From Bacteroidota bacterium (lineage in GTDB: Bacteria > Bacteroidota > Bacteroidia > AKYH767-A > 2013-40CM-41-45), in the NCBI GenBank assembly GCA_026391945.1, contig JAPLDA010000076.1:13633-77632 (forward strand): DNA of 64,000 nucleotides, in the 5' to 3' direction. Shown here piece after piece: positions 48,213 to 58,744 of this stretch (position 1 is the stretch's first letter; every line of letters starts with the position of its first letter). A model generated the notes under the pieces. It was not told where the DNA came from. It saw only the letters and a list, made by a program, of their open reading frames with translations, and made no database searches. A program made the translations under genes and the position numbers.

Positions 48213-49472
48213 ATGTTATTCCGGATCCTTCTCGTCATTCTTATTTTATTGGCCATCGACTTCTATGTTTACCAGGGAGTCAGGCTTGTTCTCCGCCCGT
48301 TTTCAATTACCACATACAGGATAACCGGTTTTGCTTATTGGTCGGTGACATTGGTGGCTGTCACGATTCTTCTCCTCGGCTTCTTTACCGACTGGCATAC
48401 CTGGAACAAAGCCATCCGAACGTATTCATTCGCATTCGTGGTGATCATTTACCTGTCAAAAATATTCGTCGTTCTTTTCTTAGTCGTTGATGACGTGCTG
48501 CGTATTTTCCGGTGGACAGGAAGTTTCGTCAGCGACACTTTTTTTCATTCTCCCGGAAAAATTTCTGCGCGCGCAAATGGTATTTCAAGGTTTGAGTTCC
48601 TCACCAAACTCGGTTTGTTCATCGGTGCCATTCCTTTTGTGTCGCTTATTTTCGGGATGATCAACGGGGCTTACGATTACCGGGTGAGAAAAGTAACATT
48701 GAAATTCCCCCATCTTCCCGGTACATTTAAGGGTCTCCGGATTTTGCAGTTTTCTGATTTGCATTCCGGGAGTTTCATGGGAACCAATCATCTTGAGAAA
48801 GCAGTTCAACTGATGCTGGAACAGAAACCGGATGTTATTTTTTTTACCGGCGACCTCGTGAATGATCTCTGTTCGGAGGCAGTTGAATTTAGAGAGACAT
48901 TAAAAAAAATAAAAGCACCGTTGGGTGTTTATTCCATTCTTGGCAATCATGATTATGGCGATTATTACCGGTGGAAAACAATGGATGAGAAAAAGGAAAA
49001 CCTGGAAAGGCTGAAAAAATTTCATGGTGAACTGGGCTGGAACATCCTGTTGAACAATCATACCTTCATCGAAAAATCCGGTGAGAAGATCGGGTTGATT
49101 GGTGTGGAGAACTGGAGTCATCGTGCCACGTTTAAACGATACGGCGACATGAAGAAAGCGACGGAAGGAATGACTACTTCCTCTTTCAACATCCTGTTGT
49201 CGCACGATCCTTCGCACTGGAATGCTGAAATCACAGAACATTATCCATCTGTGGATCTCACGTTATCCGGACATACTCACGGGTTTCAATTCGGGGTGGA
49301 AATTCCCGGCTTCAAATGGAGTCCTGTTCAGTATATGTATAAGGAATGGGCCGACCTGTATCAAAAAAATCATCAGTATCTTTATGTCAACCGCGGCTTA
49401 GGATTTATTGGTTACCCCGGACGCGTCGGCATACTTCCTGAAATTACCGTCATTGATTTGCTTCAAACCTGA
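48213..49472 (+). CDS. Membrane-anchored metallophosphoesterase (calcineurin-like)
   Basis: 419 aa; ~5 N-terminal TM helices; phosphoesterase motifs DLH, GDLVND, GNHDY, GHTHG. Confidence 0.75.
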   Translation: MLFRILLVILILLAIDFYVYQGVRLVLRPFSITTYRITGFAYWSVTLVAVTILLLGFFTDWHTWNKAIRTYSFAFVVIIYLSKIFVVLFLVVDDVLRIFRWTGSFVSDTFFHSPGKISARANGISRFEFLTKLGLFIGAIPFVSLIFGMINGAYDYRVRKVTLKFPHLPGTFKGLRILQFSDLHSGSFMGTNHLEKAVQLMLEQKPDVIFFTGDLVNDLCSEAVEFRETLKKIKAPLGVYSILGNHDYGDYYRWKTMDEKKENLERLKKFHGELGWNILLNNHTFIEKSGEKIGLIGVENWSHRATFKRYGDMKKATEGMTTSSFNILLSHDPSHWNAEITEHYPSVDLTLSGHTHGFQFGVEIPGFKWSPVQYMYKEWADLYQKNHQYLYVNRGLGFIGYPGRVGILPEITVIDLLQT

Positions 49473-49478
49473 TCATTC

Positions 49479-50252
49479 ATGCTTTCAAAAAATAAAATCA
49501 GTTTTATCACGTCGCTGCACCAGAAAAAATTCAGGAAGCTGGAACAGTTGTTTATTGCTGAAGGAGAAAAAGTTGTCAGCGAACTACTGTCATCCGGGTA
49601 TGATGTAAAAACCATTGTAGCGACTGCTTCTTTCCTGGAGAAACATCATCGTGCTATCATGAATTCGGGCGCTGAACAGGTTGAAGTATCCGAAAAAGAA
49701 CTGGGTAAAGTAAGTGTGCTCACTACGCCCAATGAAGTGCTGGCAGTTGCGGCCATTCCATCTTTAATACCGGGAGAAATTGATTACCATGATACGCTGA
49801 CGTTGGCGTTGGATGATGTCAGTGATCCCGGCAATTTGGGAACCATCATCCGGATTGCCGATTGGTTTGGAATCCTAAACATCGTGTGTTCAAATGAAAC
49901 GGTAGAGTGTTTTAATGCCAAAGTGGTGCAGGCATCCATGGGTTCGTTGTTCAGGGTGAATATGCTCTATGCTGATCTTGATTCTTTTTTATCAGGCATC
50001 CCGGCTAACCAGGATGTGAATGTTTACGGAACGGCTTTGGATGGGAAAAATATTTACGAAGATGAACTTTCTTCGCATGGTATCATTGTATTGGGAAGTG
50101 AATCAAAAGGAATACGGGATGAACTGAAAAAATATTTCACAGAGTCGCTTCTGATTCCATCTTTTCATCCGGGGAAAAATAAAACGGCAGATTCTCTCAA
50201 CGTGGCTGCGACGGCTGCCATTGTCTGTTCTGAATTCAGAAGAAGAAAATAA
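49479..50252 (+). CDS. TrmH/SpoU family RNA 2'-O-methyltransferase
   Basis: 257 aa; SpoU methylase motifs (NLGTIIR, GSESKGI, SLNVA). Confidence 0.75.
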   Translation: MLSKNKISFITSLHQKKFRKLEQLFIAEGEKVVSELLSSGYDVKTIVATASFLEKHHRAIMNSGAEQVEVSEKELGKVSVLTTPNEVLAVAAIPSLIPGEIDYHDTLTLALDDVSDPGNLGTIIRIADWFGILNIVCSNETVECFNAKVVQASMGSLFRVNMLYADLDSFLSGIPANQDVNVYGTALDGKNIYEDELSSHGIIVLGSESKGIRDELKKYFTESLLIPSFHPGKNKTADSLNVAATAAIVCSEFRRRK

Positions 50253-50290
50253 AAAAAGGTGTCACGTTTGCACATGACACCTTTCAGGAT
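50251..50290. terminator. Bidirectional rho-independent terminator between convergent genes
   Basis: Hairpin ggtgtca-cgtttgcaca-tgacacc with A7 upstream and T-rich sequence downstream. Confidence 0.6.
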
Positions 50291-50305
50291 AATTTATTTT
50301 TTTAA

Positions 50306-51961
50306 TCAATGAACAACTAATAATTTTTTAGTCAGCTGATCATCTCCGGCACGAAGAGCATACATGTAATAACCGGCAGGGATTTGCGTGACATCCATTT
50401 TAAATTGATGAGCACCGGCACTGAGGTTATTGTTTTCGAGAGTTGCCATTTTATTTCCAACGAGGTCGAAGACTTCCAGTGTCACGTGATCTGGTTTAAC
50501 CAGTTCAAAACTGATGATCGTGGATTCATTCGCCGGGTTCGGGTAATTCTGATCCAGTGTGAATTTATGCTGATGATGTTCCTGTACACCCATGAATGAA
50601 TTTTCTGCATCGAACAACGCAAGCGAAAGAGAGAATGGTCCGCGGGTTTCAATCCAGGCAAAGTCTGCCATGGTAAAGCTAGGGTCAATCACTACCTGCG
50701 GATGCGGGTTATTTAAAATTCCAACCTGGTCGTTGTAAAGTGTAGTGATCATGTTCCAGGATGTAGGAGTTGCCATGTTGAATCCCTGTACATAATAAGG
50801 AAGTTGATTGTTGGTGGAATCCCAATAGGTAACCAGGAAGTTGTTGTAGGTTTCATCGTAGCTGATATCCGGTTGCTGCGCATGATTTCCGGAATAATCA
50901 ACGTAGCCATAATACCAGGCACCTCCAACGGCAATTTTTGAATAAGCTCCTACAATGTCGAGGTCATCGGTGCCGCCCCAGGCGCTTTCCCAAAGCACCA
51001 CTGCGGATAAATCTGAGCTGTCGTTATTTGCCAATGAATTCTGAACACTGATAGCAGGATACCTTCCGTTGTTGTACCAGTTCGAGGTGTATACACTATC
51101 GAGGTAAACCGGTGTTGCATAAGGATCATTAAATAAGGTAGGAGTATACGTTTCTTTGATATGCCCGTAAGGGGCGCCAAAGGCATGCTCATCATAGGCA
51201 ATGAAATAGCGGCCGTTATTTCTGCTTGCTGAATATCCATAAGCGACGGAAACATTTCTGAAAAATAAACTGGAAGCATCCACACCATTCCTGGTTGCGA
51301 ATGTTGCACCGCCATCCGAAGAAACCAGGGAAATAACTGAATCCTGGGGAGATCCATACTTTGAATACACGGCATTCACGCTATAACCCGTTGTAGTAAA
51401 GGCAGGGTGAAGAAAGTCATTGGCAAGTGCCACATCATAAATGGAATCCGAAGTAGTTTCATGCACCGGTTCATTCATAAAAGAACCTGTTGTTGCATCA
51501 TTCCGGTCCACCCAAAGTATATAGGTGCCGGATAAAGGCGTATGCAGGACACTTGTCAAATAAACATGCAAAGAATTGGTGTCGTTACCGGCAACGGAAA
51601 TATCGCAGCCGTAGTAATCGCCGCTATAATGGATCAGGGTATCCCAATCCTGTCCGTGATTTTTGGAACGCATCAGGCAGATACCCCCGCCGTTTGCGTA
51701 ATCAGTCGTGAAGGCGGCATAATTCCATCCATTGAAGGCAGTAGCAATTTTGACATTACTCTGCATTTGAAATGCAGGGTTGATGACGACATCCGACCCG
51801 AATACTAACATCGACGGAGTTTTTACCGGGCCTTTGTTTTTCATGTTCAGCGCTTTTACTTTTTCAGGATCTCCCTTCTGATGATCCGCCGCAAGCATTG
51901 GAGAACTCAGAAAGAGTATGAGTGAAAACGACCATACTAGTTTCATGTAATTTTTTTTCAT
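50306..51961 (-). CDS. Hypothetical secreted protein with T9SS type A C-terminal sorting domain
   Basis: 551 aa; signal peptide; C-terminal NYPNPANESTIISFEL...GYYMYALRAGD resembles the Por secretion tail. Central domain not recognised. Confidence 0.6.
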   Translation of the reverse strand: MKKNYMKLVWSFSLILFLSSPMLAADHQKGDPEKVKALNMKNKGPVKTPSMLVFGSDVVINPAFQMQSNVKIATAFNGWNYAAFTTDYANGGGICLMRSKNHGQDWDTLIHYSGDYYGCDISVAGNDTNSLHVYLTSVLHTPLSGTYILWVDRNDATTGSFMNEPVHETTSDSIYDVALANDFLHPAFTTTGYSVNAVYSKYGSPQDSVISLVSSDGGATFATRNGVDASSLFFRNVSVAYGYSASRNNGRYFIAYDEHAFGAPYGHIKETYTPTLFNDPYATPVYLDSVYTSNWYNNGRYPAISVQNSLANNDSSDLSAVVLWESAWGGTDDLDIVGAYSKIAVGGAWYYGYVDYSGNHAQQPDISYDETYNNFLVTYWDSTNNQLPYYVQGFNMATPTSWNMITTLYNDQVGILNNPHPQVVIDPSFTMADFAWIETRGPFSLSLALFDAENSFMGVQEHHQHKFTLDQNYPNPANESTIISFELVKPDHVTLEVFDLVGNKMATLENNNLSAGAHQFKMDVTQIPAGYYMYALRAGDDQLTKKLLVVH

Positions 51962-52060
51962 ATAATTTTTTTTTTATGATTTAAAAGTTCTTTCAAAGCT
52001 AATGACTATGAAATTTTTAAAAATGAAAATAAGAATGAAAATAAAAAAGTTTTGAACAAT

Positions 52061-53650
52061 TCAGTTTGAATTAATCCATAAGAAAGTTTGTCCGGCGCAT
52101 CGTTCTCCGTCAATAGCTGCGGAAACAATTCCTCCTGCAAACCCTGCGCCCTCTCCGCATGGGAATAAACCGGCGACTTCGGGATGTTGCAAGGTGGCAT
52201 CGTTTCTTGGGATTCTTACCGGTGATGATGTTCTTGATTCCGTGGCTACCAGCACTGCTTCATTGGTAAAATAAGGTTTCATTTTTTTACCAATCGTTTT
52301 CAGCGCTTCTTTCAACGCACCGTAAATAACAGGAGGCAGCACTTCATGAAGTTGTACGGATGTCACTCCCGGCTGGTAAGAAACAGGAGGGAGGTTTGTT
52401 GAAAATTTGTTTTCAGTAAAATCGACGAGACGTTGTGTGGGAGCATGTAAATTTTTTCCTCCTTTCAGAAATGCAAGCTGTTCTACTTGTTGCTGGTAAC
52501 GAAGCGCAGCCAAAGGGCCATCCTTTTTGTAATCAAGAAAATCTTTTTCGTTTAACGAAACCACCATGCCTGAATTGGCAAAAGCATTGTTCCTCTTCGA
52601 TGGCGACCATCCGTTCACCACAATTTCGTTGTTGGCTGTTGCCGCCGGCGCAATGATTCCACCGGGACACATGCAAAAGGAATAGACACTCCGGTCTTTT
52701 AGCCGATGAGTTATCTGATAGGAGGCCGGTGGAAGATACGCGCTTCTTGTTTTACAATGGTATTGAATGGAATCGATGATGTGCTGCGGATGTTCAATTC
52801 TGACACCGAGAGCAAAAGGCTTGGCCTGTATCAATATATTTTTCCGGTACAGCAATTCGTAAATATCCCGCGCCGAATGACCGGTGGCGAGAATGACAGC
52901 ATCGGCATCCAGCTCCGACTCCGGACCATCTGGAGTCTTCTCAGTGATGATTCCTTTTATCCTGTGATCACGAATCACCAGGTCTTTGAGTCTTGTGTTG
53001 AAATGAATTTCACCACCGGCGTTAAGGATTGTTTCCCGGATGGCGACAATGATTTTCGGAAGTTTATTGGTGCCGATGTGCGGATGTGCATCCACCAGAA
53101 TGTCTTCGCTGGCCCCATGGAAAACGAGGATATCTAAAATCCGCTTCACGTCGCCGCGCTTGGTGGAACGCGTGTACAATTTTCCATCGGAATAAGCTCC
53201 GGCACCTCCTTCACCAAAACAATAATTTGAATCGGGATTGATGACGAGCAGCCGGTTGATGGCTGCCAGGTCGCGCCGCCTGTTCTGAACATCTTTGCCG
53301 CGTTCAATGATCACGGGTTTCAACCCGAGTTCGATGAGACGCAGGGCGGCAAACAATCCTGCAGGCCCGGCGCCAATGATCATGACCGGCTTTTTACCGT
53401 TTACCTGCCTGTCAAAATGAAAATGACCGGCCATGGTTTTTCCGGATGAAGGAATGTCGTCACCGGACCAGGCTTCCACTTTTAAACGGATTTTTATTTG
53501 CCTGGAACGTGCATCAATCGAGCGTTTCAGAGGTTTCAGGAAAGTGATGGCAGAATCAGGGATGCCGAGAATTTCAGATGCTTTTTTTAACTGAATCGTT
53601 TTGTCGGCTGCCTCTTCAGGAAGAAGGACAAGTTCGATTTGTCTGATCAT
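52061..53650 (-). CDS. NAD(P)/FAD-dependent oxidoreductase (COG2509-like uncharacterised FAD dehydrogenase)
   Basis: 529 aa; dinucleotide-binding VMIIGAGPAGLFAAL after a ~90-aa N-terminal region; C-terminal GEGAGFAGGI. Confidence 0.65.
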   Translation of the reverse strand: MIRQIELVLLPEEAADKTIQLKKASEILGIPDSAITFLKPLKRSIDARSRQIKIRLKVEAWSGDDIPSSGKTMAGHFHFDRQVNGKKPVMIIGAGPAGLFAALRLIELGLKPVIIERGKDVQNRRRDLAAINRLLVINPDSNYCFGEGGAGAYSDGKLYTRSTKRGDVKRILDILVFHGASEDILVDAHPHIGTNKLPKIIVAIRETILNAGGEIHFNTRLKDLVIRDHRIKGIITEKTPDGPESELDADAVILATGHSARDIYELLYRKNILIQAKPFALGVRIEHPQHIIDSIQYHCKTRSAYLPPASYQITHRLKDRSVYSFCMCPGGIIAPAATANNEIVVNGWSPSKRNNAFANSGMVVSLNEKDFLDYKKDGPLAALRYQQQVEQLAFLKGGKNLHAPTQRLVDFTENKFSTNLPPVSYQPGVTSVQLHEVLPPVIYGALKEALKTIGKKMKPYFTNEAVLVATESRTSSPVRIPRNDATLQHPEVAGLFPCGEGAGFAGGIVSAAIDGERCAGQTFLWINSN

Positions 53651-53693
53651 TTATTTTTCCTGTATGAGGGCGGTAAGCTTTTCCAGTGAAGAT

Positions 53694-54494
53694 TTATTCA
53701 AACATGAACGAGAGGACAAATACTTTAGAGAAGAGTGCTTCAATCGGGCGGGAGTACATTTTTCCATCCTGCTGAAACATGTTATTCAATCCATGGTACA
53801 TTTTTATTTCAGGAGAGAATTTAAAATAAGGCATGTAGAAATCAAAACCAAGCCCGATCTCGTAACCGTAATCGTATCGTTTTAATTTGACAATGTCTTT
53901 GTCTTTCGCATCCACGCTTGCCTGTGAAATCATGTCGATCGAATATTTAAAACCGGCCAGCACATAAATCCGGTAATTCGTAATCCTCCTCGATTTGAAT
54001 TTCAGGTCAACCGGAAATTCAAGGTAATTGGATTCAATGGTTTTAACAGCCATTCCCTGCAGGGAATCGGAATAGATGAAATTGTAATTCAGGTTACGCT
54101 GCGCAAACGAAAGCGACGGAATGAAACGGAGGTCAAAGGACTCCCCAATCCTGAGGTTGGCAAGGATACCAAGGTTCAGGCCGGCAATGGGTTCTGATTC
54201 CAGGGAGTAAACACTGTCGCGGATCCTGAAATCAGGAACGAGGTTGATGTTGAAATCACTCAGGTTCATGCCCAGCGTAAATCCAAAGTGTATTTTCTGA
54301 TGGTCATACCTGGGAAGGTTCATCACACCCTGTCGTTGGGCTGATGTATAAAATGGCGACCCAAGCAGGATGAGAAAGAGAAAATATATTTTTCTCAACC
54401 CATGATCAAGTTGTTTTTGTACTGTGGATTTCATCCTTCTTCTTTCCTGTTTTAGCCTTTTACTTCTTTCCTGCATAAATGGATACAACGCCAA
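53694..54494 (-). CDS. PorT-like outer-membrane beta-barrel protein. True start probably the internal Met preceding the signal peptide, near 54431.
   Basis: Signal peptide IYFLFLILLGSPFYTSAQ; ~230-aa beta-barrel pattern; C-terminal Phe-rich strand. Confidence 0.55.
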   Translation of the reverse strand: MALYPFMQERSKRLKQERRRMKSTVQKQLDHGLRKIYFLFLILLGSPFYTSAQRQGVMNLPRYDHQKIHFGFTLGMNLSDFNINLVPDFRIRDSVYSLESEPIAGLNLGILANLRIGESFDLRFIPSLSFAQRNLNYNFIYSDSLQGMAVKTIESNYLEFPVDLKFKSRRITNYRIYVLAGFKYSIDMISQASVDAKDKDIVKLKRYDYGYEIGLGFDFYMPYFKFSPEIKMYHGLNNMFQQDGKMYSRPIEALFSKVFVLSFMFE

Positions 54495-55188
54495 AGGTAA
54501 GCGGTTTACAGGTCACCTGTTTAAAACCGGCATCTGAAAAAATACGGAGGAAGTCGCCGCCTTCCGGGAAAGCTTCAACGGATTCATATAAATAAGAGTA
54601 GGCCGCATCATCTTTCGAAACAGCTTTGCCAATCATCGGGCAGATTTTTGTGGAATAAAAATGATAAAATGTTTTGACCAGTTTGTTTTTGGGTTTTGAA
54701 AATTCAAGAATGACAACCGTTCCTCCCGGCCTGAGCACGCGGTACATTTCACGAAGTCCTTTTTCCAGGTGTTCAAAATTTCTCACGCCGAATGCAACGG
54801 TAATCGCGTCGAATTTATTGTCTTCGAACAGCAGGTTTTCAGAATCCGATTCGATGAGTTCAATCGTCTGTTGCAGTTTCCGTTTTTTGATTTTATCTCT
54901 CCCGATGCTGATCATATCAGAAGAAATATCAACACCGAAAATTTTTTCCGGGTGAAGTTTCATCGCAGCGAAGGCGAGGTCGGCAGTGCCCGTTGCAATA
55001 TCAAGGATCAGCTTCGGATGTTCGCTTTCAAGTACCCTGATGGTTTGTTTTCTCCAATACGTATCGATTCCGAACGAAAGAAAGTGATTGAGAAAATCGT
55101 AACGCCAGGCAATGTTGTTAAACATAGCAGCGACCTGGTGTTTTTTACCAAGAGAGGAATTTTTATAAGGCGTGACTTTTTCCTGCAT
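54460..55188 (-). CDS. ubiE: Demethylmenaquinone / ubiquinone biosynthesis C-methyltransferase
   Basis: 242 aa; VAAMFNNIAWRYDFLN and SAM motif LDIATGTADLA. Confidence 0.85.
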   Translation of the reverse strand: MQEKVTPYKNSSLGKKHQVAAMFNNIAWRYDFLNHFLSFGIDTYWRKQTIRVLESEHPKLILDIATGTADLAFAAMKLHPEKIFGVDISSDMISIGRDKIKKRKLQQTIELIESDSENLLFEDNKFDAITVAFGVRNFEHLEKGLREMYRVLRPGGTVVILEFSKPKNKLVKTFYHFYSTKICPMIGKAVSKDDAAYSYLYESVEAFPEGGDFLRIFSDAGFKQVTCKPLTFGVVSIYAGKK

Positions 55189-55192
55189 GATT

Positions 55193-56194
55193 TCAGAAAA
55201 TCTTCAGTTCGCCGGCTTCGGCAAGAAGCTGGTCGCGTTCAACAGGAACAACCCCCACCTTTTCACAAACGAGTCCGCCGGCGAGGTTCGCCAGTGTGGC
55301 CATGGTGACAGGAGAAAGTTTCAAGGCCAGGCACAGTGCCGCCACGCTGATCACGGTATCGCCGGCGCCGGAGACATCGGCAATGTTGCGGACATGGGCA
55401 GGCACCAGTTTTTCTTCTTTTGCCGTGTACAGAAAAGCTCCGCGTTCCGACAACGTTACGAGAACAGCATCGAGGTGATGTTCGGTGGCCAGTTTGGCAA
55501 CAGCATTCCTGATTTCGGTGATGTTGCCTTTTTCAAATTCCACTTTCATGCCTTCCTTTAACTCTTTCAGGTTTGGTTTCAGCAGCGTGATGTTCCGGTA
55601 GTGGTTGAAATTTTTTTTCTTCGGATCAGCAGCCGTTGGAATTTTTTTCGCCTGTGCCAGCTTCACCACCTGTTCCACCAGGTTTTTTGTGATGACGCCT
55701 TTGTCGTAATCTTCGAAGACGATGACGTCGATTTTATTTTTTCGGGTGAGTTCTGAAATTCTGTTCAGCAATTGTTTTCTTTCACCGGTAGAAATGTCAC
55801 CATCCACTTCATCATCCACGCGAAGCATCTGGTGGTTGTTCCCGATCACTCTTGTTTTCATGGTTGTCGGCCGGTCGGTGCTCTGGATGATTCCTTCCGT
55901 CGACATTCCCATTTGCTGTAACAATTCAACGAACGTCCTGCCGGTAGCATCATTCCCAATCACCGAACACAACACCGGTTTGGCACCGAGCGATTGAATG
56001 TTGATGGCGACATTGGCCGCGCCGCCCAGCCGGTTCTCGCGTTTGGTAATGGTAACAACAGGAACCGGAGCTTCCGGGGAAATGCGTTCCACTTTTCCCC
56101 AGAGGTATGCATCGAGCATCACATCGCCAACGATCAACACATTCAGTTTCCTGAATTCTTCGAAAAGCCGTGTGATGTTTTTTATCTTATTCAT
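55193..56194 (-). CDS. D-glycero-beta-D-manno-heptose-7-phosphate kinase (RfaE/HldE domain I, pfkB family)
   Basis: 333 aa; VLIVGDVMLDAYLWGKVERISPEAPVPVV N-terminal signature; C-terminal pfkB GAGDT motif. Confidence 0.75.
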   Translation of the reverse strand: MNKIKNITRLFEEFRKLNVLIVGDVMLDAYLWGKVERISPEAPVPVVTITKRENRLGGAANVAINIQSLGAKPVLCSVIGNDATGRTFVELLQQMGMSTEGIIQSTDRPTTMKTRVIGNNHQMLRVDDEVDGDISTGERKQLLNRISELTRKNKIDVIVFEDYDKGVITKNLVEQVVKLAQAKKIPTAADPKKKNFNHYRNITLLKPNLKELKEGMKVEFEKGNITEIRNAVAKLATEHHLDAVLVTLSERGAFLYTAKEEKLVPAHVRNIADVSGAGDTVISVAALCLALKLSPVTMATLANLAGGLVCEKVGVVPVERDQLLAEAGELKIF

Positions 56195-56275
56195 GGGATA
56201 AGATTCGTTAATAAAAAATTATGAATCGAAATAAAAATGAATGCGGCTCAACAGGAGTCGCCATCGATGGATACA

Positions 56276-57484
56276 TTATTTCAGTTTCTCCAGCGCTTCT
56301 TTGATTCTCCGGATGGCTTCCACCAGCCTGTCGTCGGCAGCGGCATAAGAAAAGCGTACACAATGATCATCGCCGAATGCTTCACCGGTAACAATGGATA
56401 CATGCGCTTTGTGCAACAGGTACATGCACATGTCGGTGGCATTGCGAATGGTAGTTTCTCCGTCACTTTTTCCGAAGTAAGAACTTACATCCGGGAAAAC
56501 GTAAAACGCTCCTTTCGGTTCGTTGATTTTCCATCCTGGAATTTCTTTCATCAGTTTGACCACGAGGTTTCTTCTCCTCCTGAAAGCTTCTTTCATTTCC
56601 AGTGTCGGTTTCAGATCGCTGGTCAGAGCTTTTTCAGCAGCCTTTTGGGAAATGGAACAGGTGCCCGATGTAATTTGTCCCTGCATCTTATCGCATGCAT
56701 CAGCAATCCATTTCGGCGCTCCCATGTAACCGATTCTCCAGCCCGTCATGGCGAAACTTTTTGACAAACCGTTTACCACGATCACGCGTTCTTTGATCGA
56801 ATCGAATTCGGCAATGCTCTGGTGGCGGTCAAGAAAATTGATGTGCTCATAAATTTCATCGGAGAGCACATATACATTTGGATATTTTGCCAACACATCA
56901 GCAAACGCTTTCAGCTCATCACGTGTAAAAACACTTCCTGTCGGGTTGCACGGTGATGAGAAAATAAATAATTTGGTATTGGGCGTGATGGCAGCTTCCA
57001 GTTGCTCCGGCGTTATTTTATAATCACTTTCGATGGGTGATTTCACCGGGATCACTTTTCCTTCGGCCAGTTTCACCACTTCAATATAACTCACCCAATA
57101 GGGAAGGGGAATGATCACTTCATCGCCCGGGTTCACCAGGCTCAGGATGATGTTGGCAATCGCCTGCTTGGCGCCGGTGGAAACCACGATTTGTTCGGGC
57201 TTGAAGTCGAGGTTGTTTTCTCTCTTGAACTTTGCCGAGATTGCTTTTCTTAACTCAGGGAAACCGGAGATGGGCGAGTAAAAGGTAAAGCCGTCGTCGA
57301 TGGCTTTTTTTGCAGCTTCACGGATATGATCCGGTGTGATGAAGTCCGGTTCGCCCAGGCTCAGGTTGATGACATCAAATCCTTTTGCCGAAAGTTCGCG
57401 GCTGAGTTTAGACATACCGATGGTCTGGCTTTCCTCGAGGGAATTGATACGGTCCGATAACGGATTTTTTTCTAATGTTAGCAT
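56276..57484 (-). CDS. Class I/II PLP aminotransferase (aspartate aminotransferase-like). Start chosen at internal Met MLTLEKN; the ORF extends to 57541.
   Basis: PLP Lys context SKSFAMTGWRIGY; N-terminal LSDRINSLEESQT typical of AspAT. Confidence 0.75.
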   Translation of the reverse strand: MLTLEKNPLSDRINSLEESQTIGMSKLSRELSAKGFDVINLSLGEPDFITPDHIREAAKKAIDDGFTFYSPISGFPELRKAISAKFKRENNLDFKPEQIVVSTGAKQAIANIILSLVNPGDEVIIPLPYWVSYIEVVKLAEGKVIPVKSPIESDYKITPEQLEAAITPNTKLFIFSSPCNPTGSVFTRDELKAFADVLAKYPNVYVLSDEIYEHINFLDRHQSIAEFDSIKERVIVVNGLSKSFAMTGWRIGYMGAPKWIADACDKMQGQITSGTCSISQKAAEKALTSDLKPTLEMKEAFRRRRNLVVKLMKEIPGWKINEPKGAFYVFPDVSSYFGKSDGETTIRNATDMCMYLLHKAHVSIVTGEAFGDDHCVRFSYAAADDRLVEAIRRIKEALEKLK

Positions 57485-57661
57485 GTAGCTGCAAACGTAC
57501 ATCATTCTTTTTAATGGGTAAAATCCGCCCACCTGATTCATGTCATTTGTTAAGAAAAAAGAATAGCTTACTGTTTCCTCTTTTCAAAATAATGTACATT
57601 TTTAAAATAATTATGCAGTTGCTTCGTTCCTCTTTCATTAAAACTTTACTTTCTTTGTAGC

Positions 57662-58714
57662 ATGGTAAAAACCAGACTTTTCCTGTTTCTTCTCTTGCTC
57701 AGCGCAACTTCTCTGTTTGCCCAGCAGCAGGTGGGCGGCAGTTATGTATACGGGTTTCTTGATGTCCCCGCTTCCGCAAGGACAGCCGCACTCGGAGGCA
57801 CATTCATCTCTGCAAAAGACAACGACCTGAATGTGGCTTTGCAAAATCCATCTGTGCTGAATCCCGGGATGAACAACCAACTTTTGTTAAACGGTGTTCT
57901 TTATTTTGACGGGGTTAAATTCGGTGATGCCGGTTATGCGAAGGACTTTGGAAAGGCCGGAACATTCATGGCGAACATGCATTATGCGAATTACGGACAG
58001 TTCCTGGAGGCGGATATTACCGGGGAGATCGTTGGTAAGTTTCATGCGGCCGATTACAACCTGAACATCGGCTGGGGATACCGCATGAATGAACTTTTTT
58101 CGGTGGGAGCGAACCTGAAAACCATTTACAGCAATTATTATTATTACAATTCTTTCGGAGCCGGTGCTGATCTGGCGGCTACGTTGTATGATTCCATCAG
58201 CCAGTTTACGTTAGCCGTTGTCGCAAAAAACATGGGTGTCATGCTGAAGGATTATGTGAAGGCCGACAATGAACCGTTTCCTGTGGAAGTTGAAATTGCC
58301 GCTTCAAAAAGATTGATTCATACTCCTTTCAGGTTTAACCTCACGTACCGTCATCTGGAGAAATTAGACCTCACCTATACCGATCCCAATGATGCTTCGC
58401 TGGTTGATCCATTAACGGGAGCGGCCAAGGTGAAGACCTATGATCTTTTTGATTTACTTTCCAGTCATATCATTTTTGCAACCGAAATTCTCCTCACACA
58501 GAATTTTCATTTGCGGGCAGCTTATAATTTCCAGAGACGGCAGGATCTCAGGGTGGATACCAGCCCGGGCACGGTTGGACTTTCATTCGGGTTCGGAATA
58601 AAAATTAACAAGTTCAACATCGGTTACGGACGCGCGGCTTATCACAATGCCGGGGCAGCCAATCACTTTTCAATTTCCACGAACCTTTCGGAGTTTATAA
58701 AGAAGTCGAACTAA
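57662..58714 (+). CDS. Outer-membrane beta-barrel protein, possibly a T9SS PorQ/PorP(SprF)-like component
   Basis: 350 aa; signal peptide ending FAQQQ; alternating beta-strand pattern. Family assignment is from memory of the architecture only. Confidence 0.45.
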   Translation: MVKTRLFLFLLLLSATSLFAQQQVGGSYVYGFLDVPASARTAALGGTFISAKDNDLNVALQNPSVLNPGMNNQLLLNGVLYFDGVKFGDAGYAKDFGKAGTFMANMHYANYGQFLEADITGEIVGKFHAADYNLNIGWGYRMNELFSVGANLKTIYSNYYYYNSFGAGADLAATLYDSISQFTLAVVAKNMGVMLKDYVKADNEPFPVEVEIAASKRLIHTPFRFNLTYRHLEKLDLTYTDPNDASLVDPLTGAAKVKTYDLFDLLSSHIIFATEILLTQNFHLRAAYNFQRRQDLRVDTSPGTVGLSFGFGIKINKFNIGYGRAAYHNAGAANHFSISTNLSEFIKKSN

Positions 58715-58744
58715 CTTTTATTCTTCTGTTAAAACTTCGTTTCT